A DNA stretch of 64,000 nt from an uncultured Aliarcobacter sp. (GTDB lineage: Bacteria; Campylobacterota; Campylobacteria; Campylobacterales; Arcobacteraceae), in NCBI GenBank assembly GCA_963677435.1, contig OY781945.1:1664001-1728000 (forward strand), in the 5' to 3' direction. The translations under genes were made by a program, and so were the position numbers. The notes below the pieces were generated by a model that saw only the letters and a program-made list of their open reading frames with translations, was not told the DNA's origin and did no database searches. How positions within the stretch are numbered: the first letter of the stretch is position 1; the number at the start of each line of letters is the position of its first letter. Shown here piece by piece: positions 1 through 9,193 of the stretch.

Positions 1-1
1 G

Positions 2-262
2 GGTGGCGAAGAGTTTGGAATATTGTTTAAATCAAAAAATAAAGAAAAAGCATTACACTTTGTGTCTACTATTTTAGAAAGTATAGAAGGATTAAAAATA
101 GAACATAAAAATAGTAAAGTAAGCGAATATATTACTGTTTCAATGGGATTATATAGTGATTATGCAAATAATATTATTGATGTAGATGATATATACAGAA
201 AAGCTGATAAATTACTTTATTGTGCTAAAGAATCAGGAAGAAATAGGGTTGTTAGTAATTAA
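2..262 (+). CDS. Diguanylate cyclase (GGDEF domain), 3' part only; gene starts before the window
   Basis: The frame from nt 2 reads GGEEFGILF..., then TVSMG and ADKLLYCAKESGRNRV, the typical GGDEF C-terminus. Confidence 0.9.
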   Translation, partial: GGEEFGILFKSKNKEKALHFVSTILESIEGLKIEHKNSKVSEYITVSMGLYSDYANNIIDVDDIYRKADKLLYCAKESGRNRVVSN

Positions 263-274
263 ACTTTTCTTTTC

Positions 275-391
275 CTCGTTCCCAACATCCCCGTTGGGAA
301 TGCATATAAAAACTAAATAAAACAAGAAAAATAAAAATAGATAGAAGTAGATAATGTAGTATTCATTCCCAAGCTGGAGCTTTGGAACGAA
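275..391. repeat. REP/REPIN-like pair of GC-rich palindromes in inverted orientation
   Basis: CTCGTTCCCAACATCCCCGTTGGGAATGCA (275-304) and TTCATTCCCAAGCTGGAGCTTTGGAACGAA (362-391) are each hairpins and approximate reverse complements, with an A-rich spacer between convergent genes. Confidence 0.7.
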
Positions 392-408
392 AATTAAGAA
401 ATATTATA

Positions 409-1293
409 TTAAGAGATATGATACTCTTTAAATCTACTTTTTAAAAATTCTATTAGGGTTTCAAAAAGTAGATTTTTTGATTTTTCTTTATGATAAACTA
501 AATAAAACTCTCTTTTTAATTCCATATTTTTTAGTTTGATTTGAAATAGTTTTTTCTCTTTTATTTCTTTTTGAACAATCACTTTTGAAATAGCTGTCAC
601 TGTATTTGGGTTATTTAAAACTATGGTTTTAATCTCTTCAAAATCTTGTAATTGCATAAAAATATCTAAATCTTTTGCTATTTCTCCAAGATGATTTATA
701 AATATTTCCCTTGTTCCTGAACCAGTTTCTCTTAAAATCCATCTTTTTTTGATAGCATCAATAAAGGCAACTTTTGAATAGTTTTCATCACTTGAAACAA
801 CAATAAGTTCATCATCACAAAGTTTCTCTTTTATCAAACTTGAATTTTGTGTATCAACTTCAATAAGACCAATATCAAGCTCTGATTTTAAGATTTTATC
901 TATGATTTTACTTGAATTTATGGTCAAAATATCCATTTTTACATCATTGTATTTTGTTAAAAAATCATAATAAATATTTGGCATTATGTAGTTTGAAATA
1001 GTTTTACTTGCTGCTATTTTTATATTTCCAGCTAGTTTATTTTCTTGAAAAATATTTTGTGCATCTACAAGTGCTAAATAGTGTGAAAGAGTTTTCTCTT
1101 TGAAATATTTTCCTTTTTCATTTAATATAAGTTTTTTACCAATCCTATCAAAAAGTTGCTCATTTAAAGAGTTTTCTAGTGATTTTATAGCCAAAGAAAT
1201 AGCTGATTGACTTATATTTAATTCTTGCGCCACTTGGGTAACTTGGGGGTTTTCACAAAGTTTATAAAAAAAGTTTAGTTCTTTTAGAGTCAT
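409..1293 (-). CDS. LysR-family transcriptional regulator (YeiE/CysL-like)
   Basis: N-terminal HTH (AQELNISQSAISLAIKSLE...LFDR), WILRETGSGTRE motif, divergent from a YeiH-type exporter. Confidence 0.9.
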   Translation of the reverse strand: MTLKELNFFYKLCENPQVTQVAQELNISQSAISLAIKSLENSLNEQLFDRIGKKLILNEKGKYFKEKTLSHYLALVDAQNIFQENKLAGNIKIAASKTISNYIMPNIYYDFLTKYNDVKMDILTINSSKIIDKILKSELDIGLIEVDTQNSSLIKEKLCDDELIVVSSDENYSKVAFIDAIKKRWILRETGSGTREIFINHLGEIAKDLDIFMQLQDFEEIKTIVLNNPNTVTAISKVIVQKEIKEKKLFQIKLKNMELKREFYLVYHKEKSKNLLFETLIEFLKSRFKEYHIS

Positions 1294-1392
1294 TGGATTC
1301 CTTATTGAAAATATTAATCATTATATTAAAAATAATATATTTTACAAATTAAACTAATAGGGTTATACTTTCAAAATCAAAGGATTAATATT

Positions 1393-2415
1393 ATGAAAAC
1401 AAATAATTTAAATATTAGAAATACTTTTTATGGAGTTTTGTTTGTTGGTTTATTTGCTTTAATTGCAACAATAATAGCTGATGCAGAATTTTTTAAAAAT
1501 TTAGCAATTAGCCCACTTATTATTGGGATAGTTTTAGGAATTTTTTATGCAAATACTTTAAAGCATAAACTTCCACCTACTTGGCAAAGTGGAATTATTT
1601 TTTCTACAAAATATATTTTAAGATTTGGAATTATCTTATATGGATTTAGACTAACTTTCCGAAATTTGCAAGAAGTTGGATTTAGTGGAGTTTTTATAGC
1701 TTTTTGTATAGTTACTTTTACTTTTATTTTTGGATATATAATAGGAACAAAGGTTTTAAAATTAGACCGAGAAATTACTATTTTATGTAGTGCAGGAAGT
1801 TCTATTTGTGGAGCTGCTGCTGTGTTAGCAACTCAAAGTGTATTAAAAAATGAAGCCTATAAAAGTGCTATTGCTGTATCTTTTGTGGTAATTTTTGGAA
1901 CTATTGCTATGTTCTTATATCCATTTTTATATAAATTAGGTTTTTTTGATTTAAGTGCTTCTCAAATGGGAGTTTATATAGGGGCAACTTTGCATGAAGT
2001 GGCTCATGTTGTTGGAGCTTCTACAGCTTTAGGGGAAGATGTATCTAAAGATGCAATTATAGTAAAAATGATAAGAGTTATATTTTTAGTGCCTTTTTTA
2101 ATTTTATTATCTTTGTGGTTGATTAAAACTGGATTTCATAGTAAACATGAGAAAACAAAAGTCGTAATTCCTTGGTTTGCAGTGATGTTTATAGTAGTTG
2201 TAGGTTTTAACTCTTTTGGATTTTTATCTGGAAATATGATTAAAAGTATAAATTTTGTAGATACTTTTTCTCTAACAATGGCAATGACAGCTTTAGGAAT
2301 GGAAACAAGTTTCGATAAGTTTAAAAATGTAGGTATGAAACCTTTGTATTTATCTTCAATCTTATTTATTTGGTTGATGCTTGTAGGGTATTTTTTAGTT
2401 AAATATATATTTTAG
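1393..2415 (+). CDS. YeiH-family putative sulfate/sulfite exporter
   Basis: Polytopic membrane protein with GSSICGAAAV, GATLHEVAHVVGA and VKMIRV motifs. Confidence 0.9.
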   Translation: MKTNNLNIRNTFYGVLFVGLFALIATIIADAEFFKNLAISPLIIGIVLGIFYANTLKHKLPPTWQSGIIFSTKYILRFGIILYGFRLTFRNLQEVGFSGVFIAFCIVTFTFIFGYIIGTKVLKLDREITILCSAGSSICGAAAVLATQSVLKNEAYKSAIAVSFVVIFGTIAMFLYPFLYKLGFFDLSASQMGVYIGATLHEVAHVVGASTALGEDVSKDAIIVKMIRVIFLVPFLILLSLWLIKTGFHSKHEKTKVVIPWFAVMFIVVVGFNSFGFLSGNMIKSINFVDTFSLTMAMTALGMETSFDKFKNVGMKPLYLSSILFIWLMLVGYFLVKYIF

Positions 2416-2423
2416 AGTAAGTG

Positions 2424-2454
2424 AAAAATAGGTGTCTTTATGACACCTATTTTT
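2424..2454. terminator. Bidirectional intrinsic terminator
   Basis: AAAAATAGGTGTC-TTTAT-GACACCTATTTTT between convergent genes. Confidence 0.8.
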
Positions 2455-3283
2455 ACCAGTTATTTTTCATTAAATCTTGTTCTGTCATTGCTTGTGTTAA
2501 AACATCATAACCTTTTAATTCACTTTGAGTTGTTAAAACCCATTTATTTAAACCCTCCATTTGCATCATTTTTTTGATGATTGGCTCATTTGGATCTTGT
2601 GAAAGTAACATATCAATAAATGTTTTTTTTACTTTTTCATCTAAAGTATCAAGGGCTGTGAAGTTACAATGGCAATATCCCTCACTTACATAAAAAGACT
2701 CAATTTCTCCCTGCGGAAATAATCCCTCTTCGATTATTCTAACCCAAGTACTAATTCCGATTGCACCAGCATCAATTTTGTCATTTTTTATTGCTTCAAG
2801 TATATCAAACTCACTTCTTCCCGTGTCTCCATGTTTTCCTAAATCAGAATTAAATCTGATTATATCTACATCTTTTATATCTGTTTGAAGTTCATTTTCT
2901 AAATATTTTAAAGGTAAAATTGCAGCTTGAGCAGAGTCTGCACTTCCTAAACCAAACTTTTTACCTTTTAAATCTGAAATTGATTTTATACCACTAGTTG
3001 CTTTTGTAATAAAAACAGATTTAAAATCAATATCAGTATCTCTCATTAATAAAGCTTGAGCTTTTTTATTACTTAATTCATAAGTTCTAACCCAAGCTAC
3101 ATTTGTGTTCCAAGCAATATCTATTTTTCCAGATAACAAATACTCAATTTGAGCTTCATAGTTTGAAAACAAAACATAATCAAGTCTTACTCCATTATCA
3201 TTAAAATAATCTCTAATAATATCCCAAATTGTTACGATTTTTGGGTCATAGGCAACTGAACCTATTACTATTGGTTTTTGCAT
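2453..3283 (-). CDS. PhnD/SsuA-like type II periplasmic-binding-fold protein without a signal peptide
   Basis: Y..Q.E.L..G.IDIAW, DLKGKKFGLGSADS and DAGA motifs; no hydrophobic N-terminus; extra GKHGD and YCHCNF motifs. Confidence 0.75.
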   Translation of the reverse strand: MQKPIVIGSVAYDPKIVTIWDIIRDYFNDNGVRLDYVLFSNYEAQIEYLLSGKIDIAWNTNVAWVRTYELSNKKAQALLMRDTDIDFKSVFITKATSGIKSISDLKGKKFGLGSADSAQAAILPLKYLENELQTDIKDVDIIRFNSDLGKHGDTGRSEFDILEAIKNDKIDAGAIGISTWVRIIEEGLFPQGEIESFYVSEGYCHCNFTALDTLDEKVKKTFIDMLLSQDPNEPIIKKMMQMEGLNKWVLTTQSELKGYDVLTQAMTEQDLMKNNW

Positions 3284-3292
3284 TTTTTATCC

Positions 3293-4420
3293 TTATAATA
3301 TTGATTGATTTGTTAAAGCTTTTCCAAGCCAAGTTGTAAGTACATCTGTACTTGGAGCCATTACTTGAGCTGCAAGTGAATCTCTTAAAAGTCTTTCTAT
3401 ATTTATTCTTTTAGCATAAGCAGTTCCACCACCAATTTTCATAGCTTTTGTGCAAACTTCAACAGCCATTTGTGAAGCATGAATTCTTGCTGCTAATACA
3501 TTAGCTTGTGCCATTGGATCTTCTTCCATAACACTTCTTGCCGCACTTAGTGTAAAATATTTTGCACTTGCAGCATTTGTATAAATATCAGAGATGTGAT
3601 TTTGAACAGTTGGAATATTGCAAAGTGCTGTATCATCACTATATTTTCGATTCATTGAGTATTCATTTATAGTATTACAAGCATTTAAAGCAACTCCACT
3701 ATAAACACCAGCTAATCCCATAATAAAAAATGGTCCAACAGTATTAAATATTTGATCTAGTCCACTTCCTGAAGCACCAACTCTAAACTTTTCATCAATC
3801 TTTACATTTTCTAAAAGCATAGGACAAGAAGCATTTCCTCTCATTCCAAGTCCATTCCAAGAACTCTCTTGGAAAGTTATTCCATCTAAATCTTTTGGAA
3901 CAAGCCAGTTGTCTAAACCATCACCATCAAAAGAGTTTGCATCAATTAAATAATAATCAGCATATGTAGCAGAAGTAACAAAACTCTTTCTACCATTCAT
4001 TAGTAAATTATTTCCATCTTTTGTAACTTTTATTTCTGGATTATAAAAGTGAGTTCCCGTACCACTTTCACTATATGCAAGAGCTAACATAATTTCACCA
4101 TTTGCAATTTTTGGTAAAAACTCTTTTTTAAACTCTTCACTTCCATGTGTTGCTAAGCAGTTTGTAGCAACATTATGCATCATATAACATAAAGCAGTTG
4201 TAGCACAATAATTAGCAAATGCTAAAACAGTTTTTGTATGGTCTTCAAAAGTTAATCCCATTCCTCCAAACTCTTTTGGAACTAATAAACCAGTTAATTT
4301 TTTCTCTTTTATAGCTTTAAAACTATCAACTGGGAATTTTCCCTCAATATCTACCTTGTCTGTAAAAGGTGCGATATTTTCTCTTGCAAACTCTAACATT
4401 TCATTATATAAATTCGACAT
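3293..4420 (-). CDS. Acyl-CoA dehydrogenase-fold flavoprotein (atypical)
   Basis: VPKEFGGMG, LAYSE, GRKSFVTS, W.GLGMRGNAS and GG.AY...IERLLRD motifs; likely start is ATG at 4420 after an AGGA SD, not the ORF-track start at 4468. Confidence 0.85.
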   Translation of the reverse strand: MSNLYNEMLEFARENIAPFTDKVDIEGKFPVDSFKAIKEKKLTGLLVPKEFGGMGLTFEDHTKTVLAFANYCATTALCYMMHNVATNCLATHGSEEFKKEFLPKIANGEIMLALAYSESGTGTHFYNPEIKVTKDGNNLLMNGRKSFVTSATYADYYLIDANSFDGDGLDNWLVPKDLDGITFQESSWNGLGMRGNASCPMLLENVKIDEKFRVGASGSGLDQIFNTVGPFFIMGLAGVYSGVALNACNTINEYSMNRKYSDDTALCNIPTVQNHISDIYTNAASAKYFTLSAARSVMEEDPMAQANVLAARIHASQMAVEVCTKAMKIGGGTAYAKRINIERLLRDSLAAQVMAPSTDVLTTWLGKALTNQSIL

Positions 4421-4430
4421 TTTTTTCCTA

Positions 4431-5681
4431 CTACATAAAATTTGGTGTATGTGCTTTAGAAATATCATTTGCTAAATCTTCATCCATACCTATATCAACT
4501 AATCTTTTTATTCTATTCTCATTCATTTTTTGTTTTAACTCTTCAACTAAATCAAATCCTCTTTTATAATCTTCTGGCTCATCACTTCCACCTGCAAGAA
4601 TTGCCAAAGATTCTAATAAAATAGATGATTCTGTACTTATCTCATCCATAAACTCTTTTCTTTTAAAAGCTGTATTTTTTAGGGCATTTATTCTATTTGG
4701 ATTTTGTTCTATTGCTGATTTCACATGAGCTACACCATAAGCAACATGACGCATTTCATCTCTTTTTGCAAGTTTTATAATCTTTTTAGTTGCATCATCA
4801 GGCATATATTTTTCTAAAAAACTAAGTAAATCAACAAAAGTTCCCTCTCCCATAACATGGAGTAAAAATGAACTTTTTATGTAATCTTCTTCTTTAAATA
4901 AAGAGTAAAGTGAGCGTTGTGTTATTTCGCTTGAGTATTGGAATCCACCGCCATTGGCATTTGCTCTTTTTGTAAAAACTTCAATATGTCTTGCTTCATC
5001 ATTCATAAGTGAAGATAAAAAAAGAGGAACTTCCATATAGTATGGATTTATTCTACTGATAAATTTTCCAGGAATATATAAAGCTGAAAATTCATTTTCA
5101 ACTAAATAAGTCATAATTTGGCAAACAGCTTTTTCTAAAACAGGATTTAAAGTTGGTATTTCATTCCAAGGAATATCTGTTGTGGCATTCCATTGAAGAT
5201 TTTTTCCCTCTTCATATAAAATAGAAACAGGATTTGACCAAACTTGTTCTTTAAAAGAGAGCTCAAAATCATAAAAAGGTGTTCCATCTTGAGTTACTAT
5301 TCCTCTTGTTAAAAGTCCATTGTCAAGTGGTGCTTTTGTTAAAATTTCATCACTTAAATTTAAATCTTTTAGTTTTGGATTAGAAGTATCAATACCTTTC
5401 ATTTTTTTGCCCCAAGAAGCTTTTGTAGCAAAAGAGTTTTTGCTTACTTTTTGGATTTTATAAGAGTATTGATTTTTTAGTGCAACTCTACCTAAGTAGA
5501 AATGTCCTTTGAGTTTTGCCCAACCTTGAAGTTCAATTTCAATATTTGCTTTTAATGAAACAATTTCAATTATTTCATACATATCAGCTAATAAAAAAGC
5601 ATTTTCAAGTCTTAGGAATAGGGCTTTTGAAGGAGGTAGAATACCTGTAAATATAGATATACAATGATTTTGATTATTCAA
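4431..5681 (-). CDS. Ferritin-like diiron-carboxylate protein with an N-terminal TusA/SirA-like domain
   Basis: Diiron ligand pattern ENE...DEARH...GEG...DEMRH; N-terminus resembles TusA but has GILPP where the CP motif would be; probable TTG start at 5681 after a GGAG SD (ORF track gives 5693). Confidence 0.75.
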   Translation of the reverse strand: MNNQNHCISIFTGILPPSKALFLRLENAFLLADMYEIIEIVSLKANIEIELQGWAKLKGHFYLGRVALKNQYSYKIQKVSKNSFATKASWGKKMKGIDTSNPKLKDLNLSDEILTKAPLDNGLLTRGIVTQDGTPFYDFELSFKEQVWSNPVSILYEEGKNLQWNATTDIPWNEIPTLNPVLEKAVCQIMTYLVENEFSALYIPGKFISRINPYYMEVPLFLSSLMNDEARHIEVFTKRANANGGGFQYSSEITQRSLYSLFKEEDYIKSSFLLHVMGEGTFVDLLSFLEKYMPDDATKKIIKLAKRDEMRHVAYGVAHVKSAIEQNPNRINALKNTAFKRKEFMDEISTESSILLESLAILAGGSDEPEDYKRGFDLVEELKQKMNENRIKRLVDIGMDEDLANDISKAHTPNFM

Positions 5682-5689
5682 ACGAATCT

Positions 5690-5763
5690 CCAAAATTAAA
5701 TTTAATTTTGGCCATTCAATAAATTATTTTATAAATTAATGATGGAATCTCAACCTGAGATCT
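5690..5763 (-). promoter_or_regulatory. Structured 5' leader with three consecutive hairpins, the last overlapping the SD
   Basis: ATCTCA-GGT-TGAGAT, then an imperfect CCATCATT...TGAATGG stem, then the perfect 22-bp palindrome CCAAAATTAAATTTAATTTTGG (5690-5711) ending in the GG of GGAG. Confidence 0.4.
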
Positions 5764-5814
5764 TGAAGCATTATTTTAACCAAATCATTTAAAAAGTAAA
5801 TAAATTTTTACCAA

Positions 5815-5844
5815 AATAGTAAAATCAAAATGATTTTACTATTT
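5815..5844 (-). terminator. Inverted repeat at the 3' end of the dsbC-like gene
   Basis: AATAGTAAAATCA-AAA-TGATTTTACTATT. Confidence 0.5.
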
Positions 5845-6573
5845 AACTTCTATTCCAAATTTTTCAAGTAGATTAACCCAAATAACACTTTTCCCATCTT
5901 TATCAAAAATAGTTGGTGTTCCTTGAACATTTAAAGTCATTCCTAATTCAATTTGTTCATCTAACTCTTTTTGAAGTTTTTCTAATTCTGCTTGAGAATA
6001 TTTTGTAGCTTTTACTTTTTCTAAGTTATCACTTGCATCAAACATTGCAGCAATTTTTTTCTCAGTAGTTTTTTGACTCATGATATATAAAGATAAATCT
6101 TTTGCATTTACATGTGAATCAATTGGGAAATAAAATATTTTAATTTTTACTTTATTTGCAATTTGAGGAAGATACGATTCTAATTTTTTACAATATGGGC
6201 ATTCTGGATCTGTAAATAAGTAATACTCTTCACTTCCTTGTCCATATGTGAAAGCTTCTTTCCCTTTAAGTATTGATAAATCAACAGGAGCACTTATTTT
6301 TGTTCCATTTGATACATCAATTGCATCACCTGCAAGTACAAGTTTTTTATCTTTTGTTAAATAAATTTCATCAGGATTTCCTTGAACATTAACATTTAAG
6401 ATATAGATACTTCCTGCATCATAAGCTTTTGTAATTTTTATTTGAGCTCTTTTGAATAATTCTAGTTGTTCCATCTTAGCTATTTCATTTTTTGGTACTT
6501 CTTTATAATTAGCACTTAAACTAACTGTTAAAAGTAAAGAACTGATTATCACTTTTTTAGTAAAATCAAACAT
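5839..6573 (-). CDS. DsbC/DsbG-like thiol:disulfide interchange protein
   Basis: Signal peptide, FTDPECPYC active site, GTPT cis-Pro motif. Confidence 0.85.
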   Translation of the reverse strand: MFDFTKKVIISSLLLTVSLSANYKEVPKNEIAKMEQLELFKRAQIKITKAYDAGSIYILNVNVQGNPDEIYLTKDKKLVLAGDAIDVSNGTKISAPVDLSILKGKEAFTYGQGSEEYYLFTDPECPYCKKLESYLPQIANKVKIKIFYFPIDSHVNAKDLSLYIMSQKTTEKKIAAMFDASDNLEKVKATKYSQAELEKLQKELDEQIELGMTLNVQGTPTIFDKDGKSVIWVNLLEKFGIEVK

Positions 6574-6636
6574 TATAAATCCTAATATAAATTTTTTTGC
6601 GTATTGTATCTAGTTTATGGCTATTTTGCGTCAGTT

Positions 6637-7785
6637 TTAAAGAAAATTTAATCTATTTTTTAACTCTTTAGATGCAAGTGCATAACCACCATTTGAACTA
6701 TCTACAAAGTGGATGTGTTTGCCATGTCTTTCAAAAATTAAACAGGTCATTAATGCTGAATCTGATTTATGTATTCCATAAACTAAATTCTTATTTTGAT
6801 ACTGTTTTTCTAAATACTCTTCAAGTTCTTTAGTTTGTATTTTTTTTGTTGAAACAACCATTCTAAGCATATCATCGAACTTTTCAGTATCAGTTGTTCT
6901 TAAGATTCTACTTTTATAATCACTCCATAATCCAATAGAGTATTTCATTAAAACTAGACCTAAAAAGTTTTCAAACATTAGTTTTAAAATTGTAAAGAAA
7001 TTAGATTTCTTATTTTTACTAAAAGCTGAAGCTTCCGTATTTAAAACTTTTGGATTAAAAGATAAATTTAATTGATTAGTTTGTTTTAAAGGATTTCTCT
7101 CTTTAAATGAACCTACTATTTGTTCGATTCTTTTTAAGCAATTTTGATAAATTTCATTTGAATTACTTTCATCTATACTTTTTACTAAAATAGAAATAGT
7201 CTCTTCTTTTGGTGTTTTAATATCTTCCCATCTACACTCTAAACCATCAAAATTAGGTAAATAATTGTTGAGTAAATCTTCTTTTATTTTAAATATTTCA
7301 TACTCATCTTTTAATAACTTTTCTGCAAGTTCTAAACCATTTCCTCTTATGATTGCTTGATTATGGTCTTTTGTTGTTTGAAATTTTGCTACTTCTATAA
7401 AAGAACCTCTTTTTTCTATCTCTTCTACGCTAATTATTCCAACTCTTAGATCTAAATCAAAAATTTCTTTTGCTTTTTTTGATGCTTCTAAAAGTACTTT
7501 TTTTGAATTTTCTAGTAACATTGGAGGAATTATTAAACTAGCTCCATCTCCTCCAAAAATATATGGAAAATCAAGTTCTCTATGGATATTTAAAATTCCA
7601 ATTATTGTAAGCGCAGCGATAAAATTTACCTGTTTATAATTTCCTTTTTCTATGGCTTTTGTGGAATCTTTAATATCTGAAACCAAAATCAACCAATCAT
7701 TTGGAACTCTTGAATAATTTTTATTATCCATGATTTTTGAAAAATCATTGATTGCTGGTATATTTGCATAAAATTTAGTATTCAT
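6637..7785 (-). CDS. DUF3095-family protein (nucleotide-cyclase-like motifs)
   Basis: P.DW....DI..ST.AI..G.YK.VN, FGGDGA, GLECRW, KFDDMLRM and HIHFVD..GGYA motifs. Confidence 0.75.
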   Translation of the reverse strand: MNTKFYANIPAINDFSKIMDNKNYSRVPNDWLILVSDIKDSTKAIEKGNYKQVNFIAALTIIGILNIHRELDFPYIFGGDGASLIIPPMLLENSKKVLLEASKKAKEIFDLDLRVGIISVEEIEKRGSFIEVAKFQTTKDHNQAIIRGNGLELAEKLLKDEYEIFKIKEDLLNNYLPNFDGLECRWEDIKTPKEETISILVKSIDESNSNEIYQNCLKRIEQIVGSFKERNPLKQTNQLNLSFNPKVLNTEASAFSKNKKSNFFTILKLMFENFLGLVLMKYSIGLWSDYKSRILRTTDTEKFDDMLRMVVSTKKIQTKELEEYLEKQYQNKNLVYGIHKSDSALMTCLIFERHGKHIHFVDSSNGGYALASKELKNRLNFL

Positions 7786-7787
7786 TA

Positions 7788-8687
7788 TTAACCAATAATC
7801 TTAAATAACAAACCGGTTGTTATAAATGAAATAATTATTCCATATCCTACAATTGCAGTACTTAGTCTTGGAGCTAGTCCTGCCATTGAAGCAATTGCAC
7901 CTGCTGTTATCATAGGAGCCATTCCAGCTTCCATGATTGAGACAATTGAGGCTTGATTATTCCAATTAAATATTTTACAAATAATAAATGCAATAAGTGG
8001 AGCAATTATAAGTTTTACTATTAAAGCTACACTAAAAGGTTTTATCTCTTCTCTTGGAAGTCTTAATTGTAATTGAAGACCAACAGCAACAAGGGCAACA
8101 GGAACAATTGTACTTGCAAATGAACTTAACACTTTTGTAATTACTGGATTAAACTCAACACCAATTAAAAATAAAGCCACAATTAAAGATAAAAAAGGTG
8201 GAAAAGTAAGAACTTTTAGTGTCATGATTTTAAAGGTAATTTTGTTTTTATTTGAATAATATGAAGCGATAAATGTTCCATAAGTTGCAAGTGCTATAAA
8301 AGTTCCTAGTTGGTCATAAACCAAAACATAAGGCATTGCACTTTCACCCATGTATGCATTTATTATTGGAATCCCTAAAAATGAGCTATTTGTTAAAATT
8401 GATACAAGCATTAGTGAGCCTGTAATCTCTTTTGAAAAAGAGAAAATCTTTGATAAAACAAGTATCAAAATTGCACTAATAAACATAACAATCCAAGCCA
8501 CAATAATTGGAATAATCATATCTATTGAAAAACTAAGTTTTGGAATTTGCAATAATATCATCGCAGGAAGCGAGATATAAATTGCAAATTGATTTAAAAT
8601 TGTTGGAGCATCTTTTGAAAAGATATTTAATCTATTGATAATATAGCCAATTACAATAGCCAATAAAATTAATACAAAATTTTCCAT
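7788..8687 (-). CDS. AEC (auxin efflux carrier) family transporter
   Basis: About 10 TM helices; ISLPA, NSSFLGIP and KLIIAP motifs. Confidence 0.85.
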   Translation of the reverse strand: MENFVLILLAIVIGYIINRLNIFSKDAPTILNQFAIYISLPAMILLQIPKLSFSIDMIIPIIVAWIVMFISAILILVLSKIFSFSKEITGSLMLVSILTNSSFLGIPIINAYMGESAMPYVLVYDQLGTFIALATYGTFIASYYSNKNKITFKIMTLKVLTFPPFLSLIVALFLIGVEFNPVITKVLSSFASTIVPVALVAVGLQLQLRLPREEIKPFSVALIVKLIIAPLIAFIICKIFNWNNQASIVSIMEAGMAPMITAGAIASMAGLAPRLSTAIVGYGIIISFITTGLLFKIIG

Positions 8688-8690
8688 ATA

Positions 8691-9062
8691 TTAGTCACAA
8701 AAAGTATTTTCACATTGATTATCAGAAGTTACTTTTCCAAACTCTTGAACATAATTAATTCCCCAATTATGCATCTCTTCTAAAACTGGTTTTAAATTTT
8801 CACCTGCTTTGGTTAGGCTATATACAACTTTTGGAGGAACTTCTGCATAAACTTCCCTATGAATAATATTTTTTTCTTCTAACTCTTTTAATTTTACTGT
8901 TAAAGTTTTTTGTGTAATCTCACAAATAATCTCATGTAAATCTTTGAATCTTTTTTCTCCATCAAGTAAATGCCAAATAATAGCTAATTTCCATCTATCA
9001 TTAAAAATATCCAAAGTTACAGCTACTGAACATTTATATTCTTTATCATTTATATAATACAT
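8691..9062 (-). CDS. HxlR/MarR-DUF24 family winged-helix regulator
   Basis: C.V..TLDI...WKL.I, ITQKTLT..LKELE and EVPPKVVYSLT motifs; conserved N-terminal Cys. Confidence 0.9.
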   Translation of the reverse strand: MYYINDKEYKCSVAVTLDIFNDRWKLAIIWHLLDGEKRFKDLHEIICEITQKTLTVKLKELEEKNIIHREVYAEVPPKVVYSLTKAGENLKPVLEEMHNWGINYVQEFGKVTSDNQCENTFCD

Positions 9063-9118
9063 AATAGTTTCCTTTTAAATTCAAAGGTAATTATAACATA
9101 AAGAAAATTAATTTCCAT

Positions 9119-9140
9119 TACTTACCTAAAGTAAAGTAAG
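9119..9140. promoter_or_regulatory. Candidate HxlR operator (imperfect inverted repeat)
   Basis: TACTTAC-CTAAA-GTAAAGTAAG between the divergent hxlR and mdaB-like genes. Confidence 0.4.
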
Positions 9141-9193
9141 AGTAAATTAAGTTTATTAGCTATATAATTTTCAAATAAATTATAGGAGTAAAT

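Noticed and set aside
2453..3283. Phosphonate ABC transporter (phnD) call
   Set aside because: No signal peptide or lipobox, and no phnC or phnE nearby
5735..5770. GATGGAATCTC...CTGA segment as a fluoride or SAM riboswitch
   Set aside because: Only a few nucleotides match; the conserved cores and pseudoknot are missing, and the orientation does not fit a plus-strand gene
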